From the sequence record KC012944.1: DNA of 32,000 nucleotides. One strand, 5' to 3'. A program made the position numbers and the translations under genes. This document shows positions 20,994-32,000 of this stretch, piece after piece (position 1 is the first letter of the stretch; each line of letters starts with the position of its first letter). Below the pieces are notes generated by a model. The model had not been told where the DNA came from. It did no database searches and was given only the letters and a program-made list of their open reading frames with translations.

Positions 20994-23246
20994 ATGTCGC
21001 CAAAAGAAAATTATTCTAAAGAAAGTACTTTAAATTCTCATAAGTATATTAACAAACGAAAAAATTTAAAAAGTTCCCGAGTTATTTCTTCACAAATAAA
21101 TAGAAATCGTTTTGAAATGGTTGGCGTAAAGTTAGCATCACCGCAGAAAATACGCGAATGGAGTGAGCGTAAACTTCCTAATGGTGAAATTATAGGCGAA
21201 ATACATAAGCCAGATACAATGAACTATCGAACGGGTCGACCTGAACCGGACGGTTTATTATGTGAAAAAATTTTCGGTCCTCTAAAAAGTTGGGAGTGCG
21301 GATGTGGCCAGTATAAATTTCGACCAAAAACAAAGCCCTTTTATTGTTCTAGTTGTGGTGTCGAAGTTACTGAAAGTCATGTTAGAAGACACAGGATGGG
21401 GCATGTAGCTTTAAATTACCCCATTACACATACTTGGTATTTAAAAGGTTCACCAAGTTATTTAAGCATTATTCTGGATCAGCCTCTAAAAGATTTAGAA
21501 ACGATAGTTTATTTAGTTGAGGAGGAAAAAACTCTTGAAGAATTAGAAAATGAAGCTCGTGAATCAGTCAAGAGACTATTAGGACAGACTAACGAAAATG
21601 AAGGTTTACCGTCAGATGAAATCGAAGAAATTGAGTTAGACAAATGGGTTTCAGAATGGTCAAAAGTTAGTAACTCAGTTACTCAAAATTTAAAAACAAA
21701 CAATCTTGATTCTCTATTTTTAGAACTAGATAAAGAAGACTTAAAAAATAAATTAATCAATAAAAAAAATTTAGAAATATCCCCAGCTAAAAAGTTGTCG
21801 AGTAGACAAAAGCGACCCACAACATACCAAGAATGGGTTGATGAGGAAGTTAATGCGTTGCTCCTAGCAAACCATGGTTCAAAAAAGCTATTAAATATGC
21901 TTGAATCCCTTAATTTAAAGGAAGAAGTGAAAAACGTTAGAAGTGAGCTATTTCAATCAGCAATTAGTAAACGTGAACGTCTATTAAAAAGATTACGCTT
22001 ACTAGAAACTTTTTTAGCTACAAAAACGGATCCATCATGGATGATTTTAACTGTTCTACCTGTTTTACCTCCTGCTTTAAGACCTGTTTTTGAGTTACCT
22101 AATGGAACTTATATGAGTTCCGAGTTTAACGAACATTATCGTAGAATTGTTATGAGAAATAATAGACTTTTACGTTTCTGTGAACAAATTGTTCCGGATT
22201 TTGTTGTAATTAATGAAAAAATATTGATCCAAGACGCAGTAGATGACTTAATTGATAATGGTAGTCGATTTGGGCGGGATTCATATGGACCCAGAAATAA
22301 GCCTTTAAGATGTTTAAATGATCTGATTGCGGGCAAAGAAGGGAGATTTAGACAAAACTTACTAGGAAAACGAGTTGATTATTCAGGGCGATCAGTAATT
22401 GTTGTTGGTCCTACATTAATGTTAGATCAATGCGCATTACCCTATGAAATGGCGCTAAACTTGTTTGGACCTTATTTAATTTATAAAATACGAGAAATTA
22501 TTCCAAGAGCAAGGGAATTAGACACAACTGATTTAACATCTGCATTACAAAGAAACTATCCAATTGTATGGACATTATTAACATTAATTGTTTCTGTTTC
22601 ACTGGTACTTTTAAATAGGGCACCAACTTTACATAGACTTGGTATACAAGCTTTTAGACCAATTTTAACAACAGGACGTGCAATTCAACTACATCCTCTT
22701 GTTTGTTCCGGGTTTAATGCCGATTTTGATGGTGACCAAATGGGTGTTCATTTACCACTTACTCGTAAAACTCAGTTGGAAGCTTACCGAATGCTTTCAT
22801 CAAATAATCTTTTATCACCTGCTAATGGAAGACCTTTGTTAACACCAAGTCAAGATATTGTATTAGGTTGGTATTATATTACAACTCGAACGTTACCAAA
22901 CAGAAAAGGAGGAAATCAATACTACACTTCTTTTTCTAAAATTTCTGAAGCGTTAGAACAAAAAGTTATATCACTTCATTCTACTGTTTGGATTAAATAC
23001 TCAGGAAAACTGACTGGAATTAAAAATGTAAGCAAGAACTTAATTCGTAAAGAAATAATGAATCAAAATAAAACTTTAGAAATTTTTGATGACATTCAAA
23101 TAATACGTGATAAAAACAATAAAATAATTTCTTCTTATGTTCGAACAACGCCAGGGCGTATTTTAATTAATGAACTATTAGCAGCGGCAATTTATGCTAA
23201 ACCTATTGATCTAAAAAAAAACATCAAATATATACCTAAGGAATAA
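20994..23246 (+). CDS. rpoC1: RNA polymerase beta' N-terminal part (gamma-like, RpoC1), with lineage-specific insertions
   Basis: Zn-finger CGCG..CSSCGVEV, LNRAPTLHRLGIQAF and the catalytic NADFDGDQM motif. Confidence 0.96.
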   Translation: MSPKENYSKESTLNSHKYINKRKNLKSSRVISSQINRNRFEMVGVKLASPQKIREWSERKLPNGEIIGEIHKPDTMNYRTGRPEPDGLLCEKIFGPLKSWECGCGQYKFRPKTKPFYCSSCGVEVTESHVRRHRMGHVALNYPITHTWYLKGSPSYLSIILDQPLKDLETIVYLVEEEKTLEELENEARESVKRLLGQTNENEGLPSDEIEEIELDKWVSEWSKVSNSVTQNLKTNNLDSLFLELDKEDLKNKLINKKNLEISPAKKLSSRQKRPTTYQEWVDEEVNALLLANHGSKKLLNMLESLNLKEEVKNVRSELFQSAISKRERLLKRLRLLETFLATKTDPSWMILTVLPVLPPALRPVFELPNGTYMSSEFNEHYRRIVMRNNRLLRFCEQIVPDFVVINEKILIQDAVDDLIDNGSRFGRDSYGPRNKPLRCLNDLIAGKEGRFRQNLLGKRVDYSGRSVIVVGPTLMLDQCALPYEMALNLFGPYLIYKIREIIPRARELDTTDLTSALQRNYPIVWTLLTLIVSVSLVLLNRAPTLHRLGIQAFRPILTTGRAIQLHPLVCSGFNADFDGDQMGVHLPLTRKTQLEAYRMLSSNNLLSPANGRPLLTPSQDIVLGWYYITTRTLPNRKGGNQYYTSFSKISEALEQKVISLHSTVWIKYSGKLTGIKNVSKNLIRKEIMNQNKTLEIFDDIQIIRDKNNKIISSYVRTTPGRILINELLAAAIYAKPIDLKKNIKYIPKE

Positions 23247-23304
23247 AAAATTTAGGTCTTAATTTTTAAACATTGAACATTATTAAATTTAAAATACTTC
23301 TAAA

Positions 23305-26300
23305 ATGCAAAGTTTACCGTCAAAATTTAAAAATATAAGCTCTTACAACCCTCGAAGTTTTATTTTTATTAATCAAGTTATTACAAAAAAAGAATTAGAA
23401 GAGTTGTTGCTCTGGATGTTTCGAAATTATGGCATTCGAAAAACTTGTATGTTAGCGGAATTATTAAAAGAGGCAGGTTTTAATTACGCAACTCAAGGGG
23501 GTATTTCAATTAGTTTAGAGGACTTAAAAGTTCCAAGAACTAAAACCCCATTAGTTGGTTCTACAAATAAAGAACTAGCAAACGGAGAAACAAAATATCA
23601 AAGGGGGGAATTAACTAATTCTGAATGGTTTCAAAAACAGGTAGTAGCATGGAATTTAACTAGTGAATTACTAAAAAATGAAATTGTAGATTTTTTTGAA
23701 AGAACAGATCCATTAAACCCACTCTATATGATGACCTTTTCTGGTGCTAGGGGGAATCTTTCTCAAGTTAGACAACTAATCGGAATGAGGGGTCTTATGT
23801 CTGACCAAAAAGGTGAAATGATAGGTTCTGCTATTCAGAAAAACTTTAGAGAGGGTTTAACTGTAATTGATTTCTTAATTTCGTCTTATGGGGCTCGAAA
23901 GGGTCTTGTTGATACAGCAATTCGAACTGCTGATTCAGGTTATATGACTAGACGATTAATTGATATAGCACAAGATGTTGTTGTTAGACAATTTGATTGC
24001 CAATCTAAACAAGGTATATTAATTATCTACTCTAGACCATACAATAATCAAACAACAAGTTCATTTAATGAGCGTTTGATTGGAAGAATTTTAGCAAAAC
24101 CTATACTTAATCCAACTACAAAAAAATTGGTTGCTAATCGAGGACAAGAAATTGATTTTCATCTTTCAAATAAAATAAATGATTTAAAAATTCCAATAGT
24201 AAGTGTTCGTTCTCCTTTAACTTGCCAATCTTATCGTTCTGTATGCCAAACATGTTTTGGTTGGGACTTAACACAATATCGACTAATTGAAATTGGAGAG
24301 GCTATTGGAATTATAGCTGCACAATCTATTGGTGAGCCAGGTACACAGTTAACTATGAGAACATTCCATACAGGTGGTGTGTTCAGTCGAGAGTTAAGCC
24401 AACAAATAAGAAGTAATTACTCTGGGCAAGTAGAATTTTCTGATAAATTAAAAACACAATTTATTCGTACAACACAAGGTGACTATGGGCAAGTTATTTA
24501 TAACACTTCTTTTTTCGAAATTCGAACATATAAAAATGAAGTAATTAGAATAAGGGTAGAACGCGATGATTTACTCATGATAAAAAATTATGAATTTATT
24601 AGAAAGGGTCAATCAATCGTACAATCGGCATCTACTTTAGAAGATTCTGATACAGAAATACAAAAAACTTTGTCCACAAAATTCCCTGGTGAAATTTATT
24701 ATCAACTTAGACAAAACTATAATTTCTTTGAATACAATATGCTTGTTTGGGTATTAGCTGGTAAGCTAATAACTTTACCATTTGAGTCTAAACAAGTTGT
24801 TCGATCTTATAAACCAGATAATCAGGTATTTGCAAAAACAAAGCTAGTAATTAAGGCAAATCCTTTTACTGAAACGATTTGTGTATTTAAAAATACAAAT
24901 ATTGCTTTAATTTCTAAATTTTGTGACTTAGAAGATCTAAATATTTTATCATATAAAAATTTTAGTTTTAGAAAACCTAGACAGTTTATTTTAAAATTTA
25001 GAAATCAGGCTGAACTATTATTACAAAAAACGTTAACTCCTAATCGATTAAGTAATAAAAATGGTTACATTGGAAGGTATTTAACAAAAGCTTACACAGT
25101 TAAAACAGGAGGAAATTTATATTCTATTAATTTGAATAAAAATTCTTCATTAAAAGTTAAAATTTCACTGATAAATGAAATAAATAAAGGTGGACTTTAC
25201 TTATGGTTACCAGAGGAAATTTATAAGCAACTTTCTTCTAGTTTAAGTTTTTCTAGTAAAGAAGGTAATTTTATAAAAAAGGATTATTGGTTAACTCAAA
25301 ACATTTTCTCCCCTATTAATGGTCTGATATCGTATCGCAAACAAAACCGTAAAACAAATGATTTATCAGTTCAGTCAGGTACAATTTTAACTTTTAATAA
25401 TGAAAAAATAAATATTAAACAATTTAAATTGAAATTTGATTCACAATTGTTTTTTCCAGGTGAAGTAGTTTTTGGTCGTATCAAAATTAATAGGATTGTT
25501 TACTCACAAATAATACATACATTACAATCTATTAAAGTAATTTTTAGACCTCTTACTATTTACAGTATACCACAATCATATACATATAATCCTATTGGCC
25601 ATAATACAAATGTAGTTGATGATGAATTAATAGTTAAAATTAATCGATCTTTTACTTTTAAAATAAATGAATCAATAAATGCAAATAAAACTTTTTCTAA
25701 AAATTTAATTGAAACAGGACTCTTTGTAACTAGTACAGATAATAAAGAAAAACAAAAAATTAATATTTTTATTAATTTTAGAAAAACTCAAAATAAAAAA
25801 TGGTGTTTGGAATTTGGACGTTTTCAAGACTTAAACAGACCAAAAGTGAGTCCTAGGCGTTTAAAGCTTCAACAAATTAAAACTATTTCATTTGTTAGAG
25901 CTAATCAAATTTTGGAACCTTATACGCTAATAGGATGCTCTGAAGTAAGAGGAAATGTTACAGGTTCGCCAATTAATCTACGATCTCAATATTCAAGTCG
26001 TTATCAATCACAAGAACTTATGATTGTCGACAATGATCATGTTAGAGAGTTATATTTTGATGAAACAACGTTAAAAACTGGTAAAAAAGATTTTGTTTTT
26101 GCAGGAGATCATATAGGAAATGGTCTCATTTTGACTATTGGTGGTAAAGTATTAAGTTCTAGTGGATCAAAATTTCAATTTAGGATTGGAAAGCCTTATT
26201 TATTTACAGAAGGTGCTAAAGTTTATAAAAATCATAAAGATTTTGCTCCAGAAAATACCGTTTTAGGTTTTGTAACTTATAGAATTTTTAAAACACAAGA

Positions 26301-27261
26301 TATTATCCAAGGTTTACCTAAAGTCGAAGAAATCTTAGAAGCAAGAAGTTCATCCGATCGTGCACTAATAGCTGAAAAAGCTGGTGTTGTAACTAAAATA
26401 ATGACACATGCAAGAAGCCGAAGTAGTCAAATTGAAGTTTTATCAAATATTAAACAATTAAGAACAATTAGAGAGATACCATATTTAGTTGAAGAAATTG
26501 ATTATGAGAATTTAGAAGTGGAACCATACCAATATATTAACTTAACTCAACGTTTCCACAAAGGGTTGGTTGATCCTCAACAGCTTTTGGATATTTCATT
26601 CGACTATTTCAGGCAACGCGACTCACATCATAAAGCAACATTAAGAAGTTTGTACCGTTTGGCATCAATGTTCATTAAATCCATTCAAGGAGTCTATGAA
26701 AGTCAGGGTATCAAGATTGTTGATAGACATCTTGAAGTAATTGTTAGACAGATGATAATAAAAGCAAAAATTGAATTTCCTGGAAACACTCCCCTTGTTT
26801 CAGGTGAGTATCTAGATATTCAACAATTATTGATTTTAAATAAAATGCTTGAACACAAACAAAAGCATTTAGTTTATTATAAACCAGCAATATTAGGTTT
26901 AACAAAAGCAGCTTTAACAACAGAAAGTTTTATTTCAGCAGCAAGCTTCCAAGAGACAGTCAGAATTTTAACCCAAGCAGCGATAGAGGGTAAAGTAGAT
27001 TGGTTACGAGGATTAAAAGAAAAGGTTATTGTAGGAGGTTTAATACCTTCTGGTACCGGTATTTTGACATTTTTAGATGAATGGATAGCAAAACACATTT
27101 TTTTATACGGTCGTAGCGTTGTTTCATTAACTACTCGTCGAAAATTTTTAAGAAAAAAATTACAAAAACAAAATATTCCTTTCAATATACTAGATGAAAA
27201 TAACTCAAATTTTCGTTCGAAGATGAAAGATTTCAAAGAAAAAAATAATATAAATTATTAA
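23305..27261 (+). CDS. rpoC2: RNA polymerase beta'' (RpoC2) with a large trigger-loop insertion
   Basis: [35 protein letters not shown] .. (about 640 poorly conserved codons) .. [16 protein letters not shown], and [19 protein letters not shown]. Confidence 0.96.
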   Translation: MQSLPSKFKNISSYNPRSFIFINQVITKKELEELLLWMFRNYGIRKTCMLAELLKEAGFNYATQGGISISLEDLKVPRTKTPLVGSTNKELANGETKYQRGELTNSEWFQKQVVAWNLTSELLKNEIVDFFERTDPLNPLYMMTFSGARGNLSQVRQLIGMRGLMSDQKGEMIGSAIQKNFREGLTVIDFLISSYGARKGLVDTAIRTADSGYMTRRLIDIAQDVVVRQFDCQSKQGILIIYSRPYNNQTTSSFNERLIGRILAKPILNPTTKKLVANRGQEIDFHLSNKINDLKIPIVSVRSPLTCQSYRSVCQTCFGWDLTQYRLIEIGEAIGIIAAQSIGEPGTQLTMRTFHTGGVFSRELSQQIRSNYSGQVEFSDKLKTQFIRTTQGDYGQVIYNTSFFEIRTYKNEVIRIRVERDDLLMIKNYEFIRKGQSIVQSASTLEDSDTEIQKTLSTKFPGEIYYQLRQNYNFFEYNMLVWVLAGKLITLPFESKQVVRSYKPDNQVFAKTKLVIKANPFTETICVFKNTNIALISKFCDLEDLNILSYKNFSFRKPRQFILKFRNQAELLLQKTLTPNRLSNKNGYIGRYLTKAYTVKTGGNLYSINLNKNSSLKVKISLINEINKGGLYLWLPEEIYKQLSSSLSFSSKEGNFIKKDYWLTQNIFSPINGLISYRKQNRKTNDLSVQSGTILTFNNEKINIKQFKLKFDSQLFFPGEVVFGRIKINRIVYSQIIHTLQSIKVIFRPLTIYSIPQSYTYNPIGHNTNVVDDELIVKINRSFTFKINESINANKTFSKNLIETGLFVTSTDNKEKQKINIFINFRKTQNKKWCLEFGRFQDLNRPKVSPRRLKLQQIKTISFVRANQILEPYTLIGCSEVRGNVTGSPINLRSQYSSRYQSQELMIVDNDHVRELYFDETTLKTGKKDFVFAGDHIGNGLILTIGGKVLSSSGSKFQFRIGKPYLFTEGAKVYKNHKDFAPENTVLGFVTYRIFKTQDIIQGLPKVEEILEARSSSDRALIAEKAGVVTKIMTHARSRSSQIEVLSNIKQLRTIREIPYLVEEIDYENLEVEPYQYINLTQRFHKGLVDPQQLLDISFDYFRQRDSHHKATLRSLYRLASMFIKSIQGVYESQGIKIVDRHLEVIVRQMIIKAKIEFPGNTPLVSGEYLDIQQLLILNKMLEHKQKHLVYYKPAILGLTKAALTTESFISAASFQETVRILTQAAIEGKVDWLRGLKEKVIVGGLIPSGTGILTFLDEWIAKHIFLYGRSVVSLTTRRKFLRKKLQKQNIPFNILDENNSNFRSKMKDFKEKNNINY

Positions 27262-27423
27262 TTTGAATGACTTCTATAAAGATTAAACCAAATTAAATGG
27301 GTATAATTAAAAAGCAATATTTTAAGGATTTTCTAAATTATGTATAATTTATATAATGTTTAAAATATTGTCTTTTATATATCAAACGACAATTACAAAA
27401 TATACAAAAACTAATACAAAAAT

Positions 27424-28176
27424 ATGGCAGAAGGACCGCGCCAAACTATAAACCAAAAATTAGCTCGCTTTTTTAAAGTTGGACTTCACTACGGACATAA
27501 GAAAAAAGAATGGAATCCTAAAATGGTTCCATTTTTGTTTCATTCTTTTCCAGAAGTTAATCGAGAGTATCATTTTATCAACCTTTATGAAACACAAAAA
27601 TATTTAAACAAAGCATGCCGTTATTTAAGAGCAGCTTCTTTAAAAAGAAAGGTTATTTTATTTGTTGGAACAAAAAAAAGGTTAGCTAGTGCAATTCAAC
27701 AAGAAGCAATGCGTTGTGGGGCATTTTATGTTAACTATAGATGGCTTGGAGGAATGTTAACAAATTGGAAAACTATTCAAAAGAGGATTAGACGATTAAG
27801 AGTTTTAGAAACTTTACAGGCTTATGGTATACTTAATTATTATCCAAAAAAAGAATCAGCAAAGTTAAAACGTGAACTTGAAAAGTTAAATAACTATCTT
27901 GCAGGAATTAAGAACATGCCTTATTTACCTGACGTTGTTGTTTTAATTGATCAGGAACATGAACTAACAGCAATTAAAGAGTGTAAAACTTTAAAAATTC
28001 CTATTATATCAATAATCGATAGTAACTCAAATCCAGATTTAGTTGATTTAGGTATTCCTGGAAATGATGACTCCGTAAAAGCGATTCGATATGTTTTACA
28101 TAGATTAGCTCGTGCAATTGCCGGTCATCAACAAAGTCAAAATGATAAACTTTTAGTTCAAACAGCTTTAAATTAA
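27424..28176 (+). CDS. rps2: 30S ribosomal protein S2
   Basis: GLHYGHKKKEWNPKM, YVNYRWLGGMLTNW and IPIISIIDSNSNPD. Confidence 0.93.
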   Translation: MAEGPRQTINQKLARFFKVGLHYGHKKKEWNPKMVPFLFHSFPEVNREYHFINLYETQKYLNKACRYLRAASLKRKVILFVGTKKRLASAIQQEAMRCGAFYVNYRWLGGMLTNWKTIQKRIRRLRVLETLQAYGILNYYPKKESAKLKRELEKLNNYLAGIKNMPYLPDVVVLIDQEHELTAIKECKTLKIPIISIIDSNSNPDLVDLGIPGNDDSVKAIRYVLHRLARAIAGHQQSQNDKLLVQTALN

Positions 28177-28220
28177 AAAAGAAAATTTTATTAAGGCTAT
28201 TTAATACAAATAAAATTGTT

Positions 28221-28249
28221 TTGGTTACGTTTACATATTAACGTATAAT
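28221..28249 (+). promoter_or_regulatory. Candidate PEP-type promoter for the atpI-H-G-F-D-A cluster
   Basis: TTGGTT (28221-28226), a 17-nt spacer, then TATAAT (28244-28249), 45 nt upstream of the atpI ATG. Low specificity in AT-rich DNA. Confidence 0.25.
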
Positions 28250-28293
28250 ATTCATGAGATAGAAAGTCGTTCTTTTCGATTTAAACAGTAATT

Positions 28294-29043
28294 ATGACAT
28301 CAAACTTATATTTAGACTACAATCCTACTATCTCAACACTACCATTAGCAGATTTAGAGGTAGGAAAACATTTTTACTGGGAAATTTTTGGATATTCACT
28401 ACACGGACAAGTGTTTATTGTTAGTTGGCTTGTTATAGGTTTAATCTTAAGTGCTTCTGTTTTAGCAACTATAACATTAAATCAAGTTCCACGTAACAAT
28501 TGGCAAAACATAATGGAAATTGTAGTTGAGTATGTTCAAGGTATTGCAAAAAATCAAATGGGATCTAATTTTGGGGAATGGGTTCCTTTTGTTGGAACAC
28601 TATTCTTGTTTATTCTTATCTCAAATTGGTTAGGAGCTTTGGTACCTTGGAAGTTAATTCATTTACCAGAAGGTGAACTAGCTGCTCCTACAAATGATAT
28701 AAATACAACAATATCATTAGCTCTAGCAACATCTATTACATACTTCTATGCTGGATTAAAGAAAAAAGGATTTTCTTATTTTAAGAAGTATTTTCAACCT
28801 ACTCCAGTATTATTACCAATTAATATTCTAGAAGATTTTACTAAACCTTTATCTTTAAGCTTTAGGCTATTTGGAAACATTTTAGCAGATGAACTTACAG
28901 TTAGTGTACTTACGCTTTTAGTACCTATTTTAATTCCATTGCCCATTATGATATTGGGTTTATTCGCAAGTTCAATTCAAGCATTAATTTTTGCAACCTT
29001 GGCTGCTGCCTATATTGGTGAATCAGTCGAAGGTCATCATTAA
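28294..29043 (+). CDS. atpI: ATP synthase CF0 subunit a (IV)
   Basis: ..[21 protein letters not shown].. has the conserved essential Arg motif of subunit a, with multiple TM helices. Confidence 0.94.
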   Translation: MTSNLYLDYNPTISTLPLADLEVGKHFYWEIFGYSLHGQVFIVSWLVIGLILSASVLATITLNQVPRNNWQNIMEIVVEYVQGIAKNQMGSNFGEWVPFVGTLFLFILISNWLGALVPWKLIHLPEGELAAPTNDINTTISLALATSITYFYAGLKKKGFSYFKKYFQPTPVLLPINILEDFTKPLSLSFRLFGNILADELTVSVLTLLVPILIPLPIMILGLFASSIQALIFATLAAAYIGESVEGHH

Positions 29044-29068
29044 ACTATCAAATTTTAATTTGATATAA

Positions 29069-29365
<297 letters not shown>

Positions 29366-29388
29366 GTAAAATTTAAACTTGGCCTTAA

Positions 29389-29419
29389 AAGATGATCGTA
29401 GTCAAGCTAGGATCATCTT
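29389..29419 (+). terminator. Imperfect stem-loop between atpH and atpG
   Basis: aagatgatc (29389-29397) pairs with gatcatctt (29411-29419), with 3 additional inner pairs after one mismatch. Confidence 0.35.
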
Positions 29420-29458
29420 AAAATTTGGCCTTTGCTTAAGTCAAATCCTATAAAATTT

Positions 29459-29941
29459 ATGGATATGTACACATCATTACCCAATCTATACCTTAGTCTA
29501 GAAAAGACAGGCGGCTTGTTTGATATAGATGCTACATTACCTGTTTTGACCATACAGTTTTTTTTGTTGGTTCAAATTTTATCCTTCCTTTTGTTTAATC
29601 CAATCCAAAAGATATTAAAACAAAGAGAACAAGAAATTGAAAACAACCTCAAAAATGCTCGAATTAGTCTTGAGGAAGTAGAAAAGCTACAACAAAAAAT
29701 CCGTCGTATTTTACAAGCTGTCCGTGAGAGGCATTTAATTAGATCTAGAGAAGTCGAAGTAAAACGACAAACAGCTGTTATTAGATCTAAAAAGTATATG
29801 GAAGCCAAAGTTCGAGACACTAGAGAAGCTATGGTAAAAAACTATATTACTACGGCAACACAATCTAGTGAATTAATACCTGGTGTAGTCCAAGAAATTA
29901 ATAGATATTTACGTGTTAGACCACCTATTAATCGAGTATAA
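29459..29941 (+). CDS. atpG: ATP synthase CF0 subunit b' (II)
   Basis: GGLFDIDATLPVLTIQFFLLVQILSFLLFNPIQKILKQREQEI is the typical b' N-terminus, and the remainder is charged coiled coil. I prefer ATG 29459 to the track's TTG 29432. Confidence 0.85.
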   Translation: MDMYTSLPNLYLSLEKTGGLFDIDATLPVLTIQFFLLVQILSFLLFNPIQKILKQREQEIENNLKNARISLEEVEKLQQKIRRILQAVRERHLIRSREVEVKRQTAVIRSKKYMEAKVRDTREAMVKNYITTATQSSELIPGVVQEINRYLRVRPPINRV

Positions 29942-29983
29942 AGTTAATAAATGAAATATTTTCGAAACTAAAGGACTTCTTAT

Positions 29984-30451
29984 ATGAGTGAAGCTGGGTT
30001 TGGAATCAATACTGATATCCTAGAAACCAATTTAATTAATATTCTACTTTTAATAGGATTATTAATTTTTGCATTTGCGGATTCAGCCCGAACAAGTTTA
30101 AAGGGTCGCCAAGAACGAATCTCTGATAATTTGGATAATGCAGCTAATCGACTAATACTTGCAAATTTTCGCTACAAAGATACTGTGGAATCTTTAGAAA
30201 AAATACGTATTAAAGCCATCGATTTACAAAAAGAAAAAATAGACGAACTAAAACAAACAAAAACTTCAAACTTTGTACAATTTCAACCTTACGTAGTTGA
30301 AGAAGTTAAAGCATTAAAAGCATTAGTTTTAGGTCAATATAGATCTTTTGATAGACAACTAATTAATAGGATATTTCGTTCCTATCAAAAACATGAAAAT
30401 AGCCCTTCAAAAATATTGATTGGCAAAACTACAAGGCAAAGCCGTTGGTAA
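29984..30451 (+). CDS. atpF: ATP synthase CF0 subunit b (I)
   Basis: GFGINTDILETNLINILLLIGLLIF is the typical b N-terminus. Position in the operon agrees. The C-terminal half is divergent. Confidence 0.85.
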   Translation: MSEAGFGINTDILETNLINILLLIGLLIFAFADSARTSLKGRQERISDNLDNAANRLILANFRYKDTVESLEKIRIKAIDLQKEKIDELKQTKTSNFVQFQPYVVEEVKALKALVLGQYRSFDRQLINRIFRSYQKHENSPSKILIGKTTRQSRW

Positions 30452-30469
30452 TAAATTAAAGAAATATTA

Positions 30470-31177
30470 TTGAATCGTATGGGATGTCTTGACAAGGTCC
30501 AACTAAGCCAAAATTTGATTCAAAATTTTGTAAAATCATTTCAAGCTGTACCAAATGCATATGATATGTATCATATAGGAGTTTGGTTTAAAACGTTATC
30601 GTATTATACAGCACAAACATTTCCTTCTATAGAAACTATACCGAAACAAGCCAAAACTAATTTAAATTCGAGTTTAGTAAATCAATCTTTTAAGAATAAC
30701 ATTCGTTATAAAATTGCTGCACGTCGTAAAGACTCAGAAGATTTTGTTATCTGGAAGTTGTTACTACCAGCATGGAAATCATCATTCAGTCACGATTTTG
30801 ATTTAGTATTTGGTAAATGGTTTTATGAAAGTTTCCGTAATCGAATTGTTTCATCATTAATTTCAGTATTTCCATCTGTATTTGATCGCATTTGTCGTTT
30901 ACATAGACTTAGAATCATTGATGAAATTTGTACTGTAAGTGACTGGGCATCAAGTTTTAGTAGTGACAAATTATTAGATAAACTTTCAGATGTTTTAGAC
31001 TTTACTGATGAAAATCCAGAGCGTTTAAATCCATCTGATCATTCCTTCTTAATAAAAAAACAAGTAACAAGTAAAAATATTGTTCGTGGATACACTTGTC
31101 GAGTTGATTCAGTTGTTTTTAATTTTACAACGAATCGTTTATTAGGATCACAATTAATTGAGAATTTTTATGATTAA
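30470..31177 (+). CDS. atpD: Putative ATP synthase CF1 delta subunit: highly divergent and elongated (235 codons)
   Basis: It occupies the atpD slot between atpF and atpA. Only the C-terminus (IVRGYTCRVDSVVFNFTTNRLLGSQLIENF) resembles the delta/OSCP C-terminal motif (IGGF.I..GS..ID.S....L). The start is TTG 30470 or ATG 30479. Confidence 0.55.
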   Translation: MNRMGCLDKVQLSQNLIQNFVKSFQAVPNAYDMYHIGVWFKTLSYYTAQTFPSIETIPKQAKTNLNSSLVNQSFKNNIRYKIAARRKDSEDFVIWKLLLPAWKSSFSHDFDLVFGKWFYESFRNRIVSSLISVFPSVFDRICRLHRLRIIDEICTVSDWASSFSSDKLLDKLSDVLDFTDENPERLNPSDHSFLIKKQVTSKNIVRGYTCRVDSVVFNFTTNRLLGSQLIENFYD

Positions 31178-31282
31178 AATTCTTACATAAAATTTAGTAA
31201 ATTTTCACTTCTGAAAATTTATTTATTCTAGGGTTTCTAGGAATTTAGGACAAATATAAAATTTAGGATTTAGTTTAATAAG

Positions 31283-32000
31283 ATGAGTAATGTTTTTTAT
31301 GATCAACTTGATGAGTTAGCTACGCGTTTCTCTGTTCAAGATAACTTTGTTAAAGAAACTGGAACAGTAATTCAAGTAGGTGACGGTATTGCTCAAGTAT
31401 ATGGTCTAAATTTCGTTGTAGTAGGAGAAATCTTAAACTTCAAAGTACCTGGTACTGAAGGAGAAATTATAGGAATCGCTTTAAACTTAGAAGAATTATA
31501 CACAGGGGTTGTAATTGTAACTAATTCAACAAGTATTAAAGAGGGTACTGTAGTAGAAAGAACAGGAAGAGTTGCAACGGTTCCAATTGGTCCTGATATG
31601 CTTGGACGTGTTCTCGACCCACTTACAAGTCCGTTAGATGGGAAAGGACCGATTACAATTGAAACTTCAAGAATGCTAGAACCAACTGTTCCTGGTATTG
31701 TTGAAAGACAATCAGTGTGTGAGCCTTTACAGACAGGTATTGTTGCAATTGACTCTATTATTCCTATTGGTAGAGGACAAAGAGAATTAATTATTGGAGA
31801 TAGACAAACAGGTAAAACTGCCATTGCTTTAGATACTATTATTAACCAAGCAACTGAAAATGTAGTTTGTGTTTACGTAGCAATTGGACAAAAAGCTTCA
31901 TCAGTAGCATCTGCTGTTCGTGTTTTAAATGAAAAAGGAGCTTTAAAATACACAGTAATTATTGCAGCTAATGCCGATTCTCCGGCTCCAATGCAATATA
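31283..32000 (+). CDS. atpA: ATP synthase CF1 alpha subunit, N-terminal ~239 codons; continues beyond the window
   Basis: My own translation: [90 protein letters not shown] (Walker A)..[13 protein letters not shown]. Missing from the ORF track because it is open-ended. Confidence 0.95.
   Translation, partial: MSNVFYDQLDELATRFSVQDNFVKETGTVIQVGDGIAQVYGLNFVVVGEILNFKVPGTEGEIIGIALNLEELYTGVVIVTNSTSIKEGTVVERTGRVATVPIGPDMLGRVLDPLTSPLDGKGPITIETSRMLEPTVPGIVERQSVCEPLQTGIVAIDSIIPIGRGQRELIIGDRQTGKTAIALDTIINQATENVVCVYVAIGQKASSVASAVRVLNEKGALKYTVIIAANADSPAPMQY

Noticed and set aside
27262-27423. Two perfect TATAAT boxes (27302-27307, 27343-27348) upstream of rps2.
   Set aside because: No acceptable -35 element at a 16-18 nt spacing. 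TATAAT is expected by chance many times in sequence this AT-rich.

Overview
This window looks like an AT-rich, densely packed, intron-free piece of a red-lineage plastid (chloroplast) genome. The evidence is form ID rbcL-rbcS, plastid-encoded atpD/atpG, psaD, groEL, tatC, thiS, secG-like, ycf19, ycf36, petM/petN and chlL/chlN. No tsf lies between rps2 and atpI, which weakly favours a secondary red plastid (for example an ochrophyte alga) over a red alga; this is inference only. I can support about 41 protein genes: photosystem, cytochrome b6f, both ATP synthase clusters, RuBisCO, DPOR, the rpoB-C1-C2 operon, ribosomal proteins and several ycf genes. Three short genes are absent from the ORF track (petN, petM, psbI), and two genes run off the window edges (groEL at the 5' end, atpA at the 3' end). 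There are also 8 tRNAs and a set of long perfect stem-loops at gene 3' ends. I see no rRNA, CRISPR array, transposon, intron or large repeat, and nothing that convincingly forms a new multi-gene system; most of the window is ordinary plastid housekeeping content. The items most worth a second look are: a very divergent, elongated ORF in the atpD slot; an orphan ORF113; a YggT/ycf19-like protein with a long N-terminal extension; a divergent groEL with an altered nucleotide-binding motif; lineage-specific insertions in rpoC1; and an initiator-like tRNA-Met with a G1-U72 pair. All homology calls come from reading motifs by eye, not from database searches.
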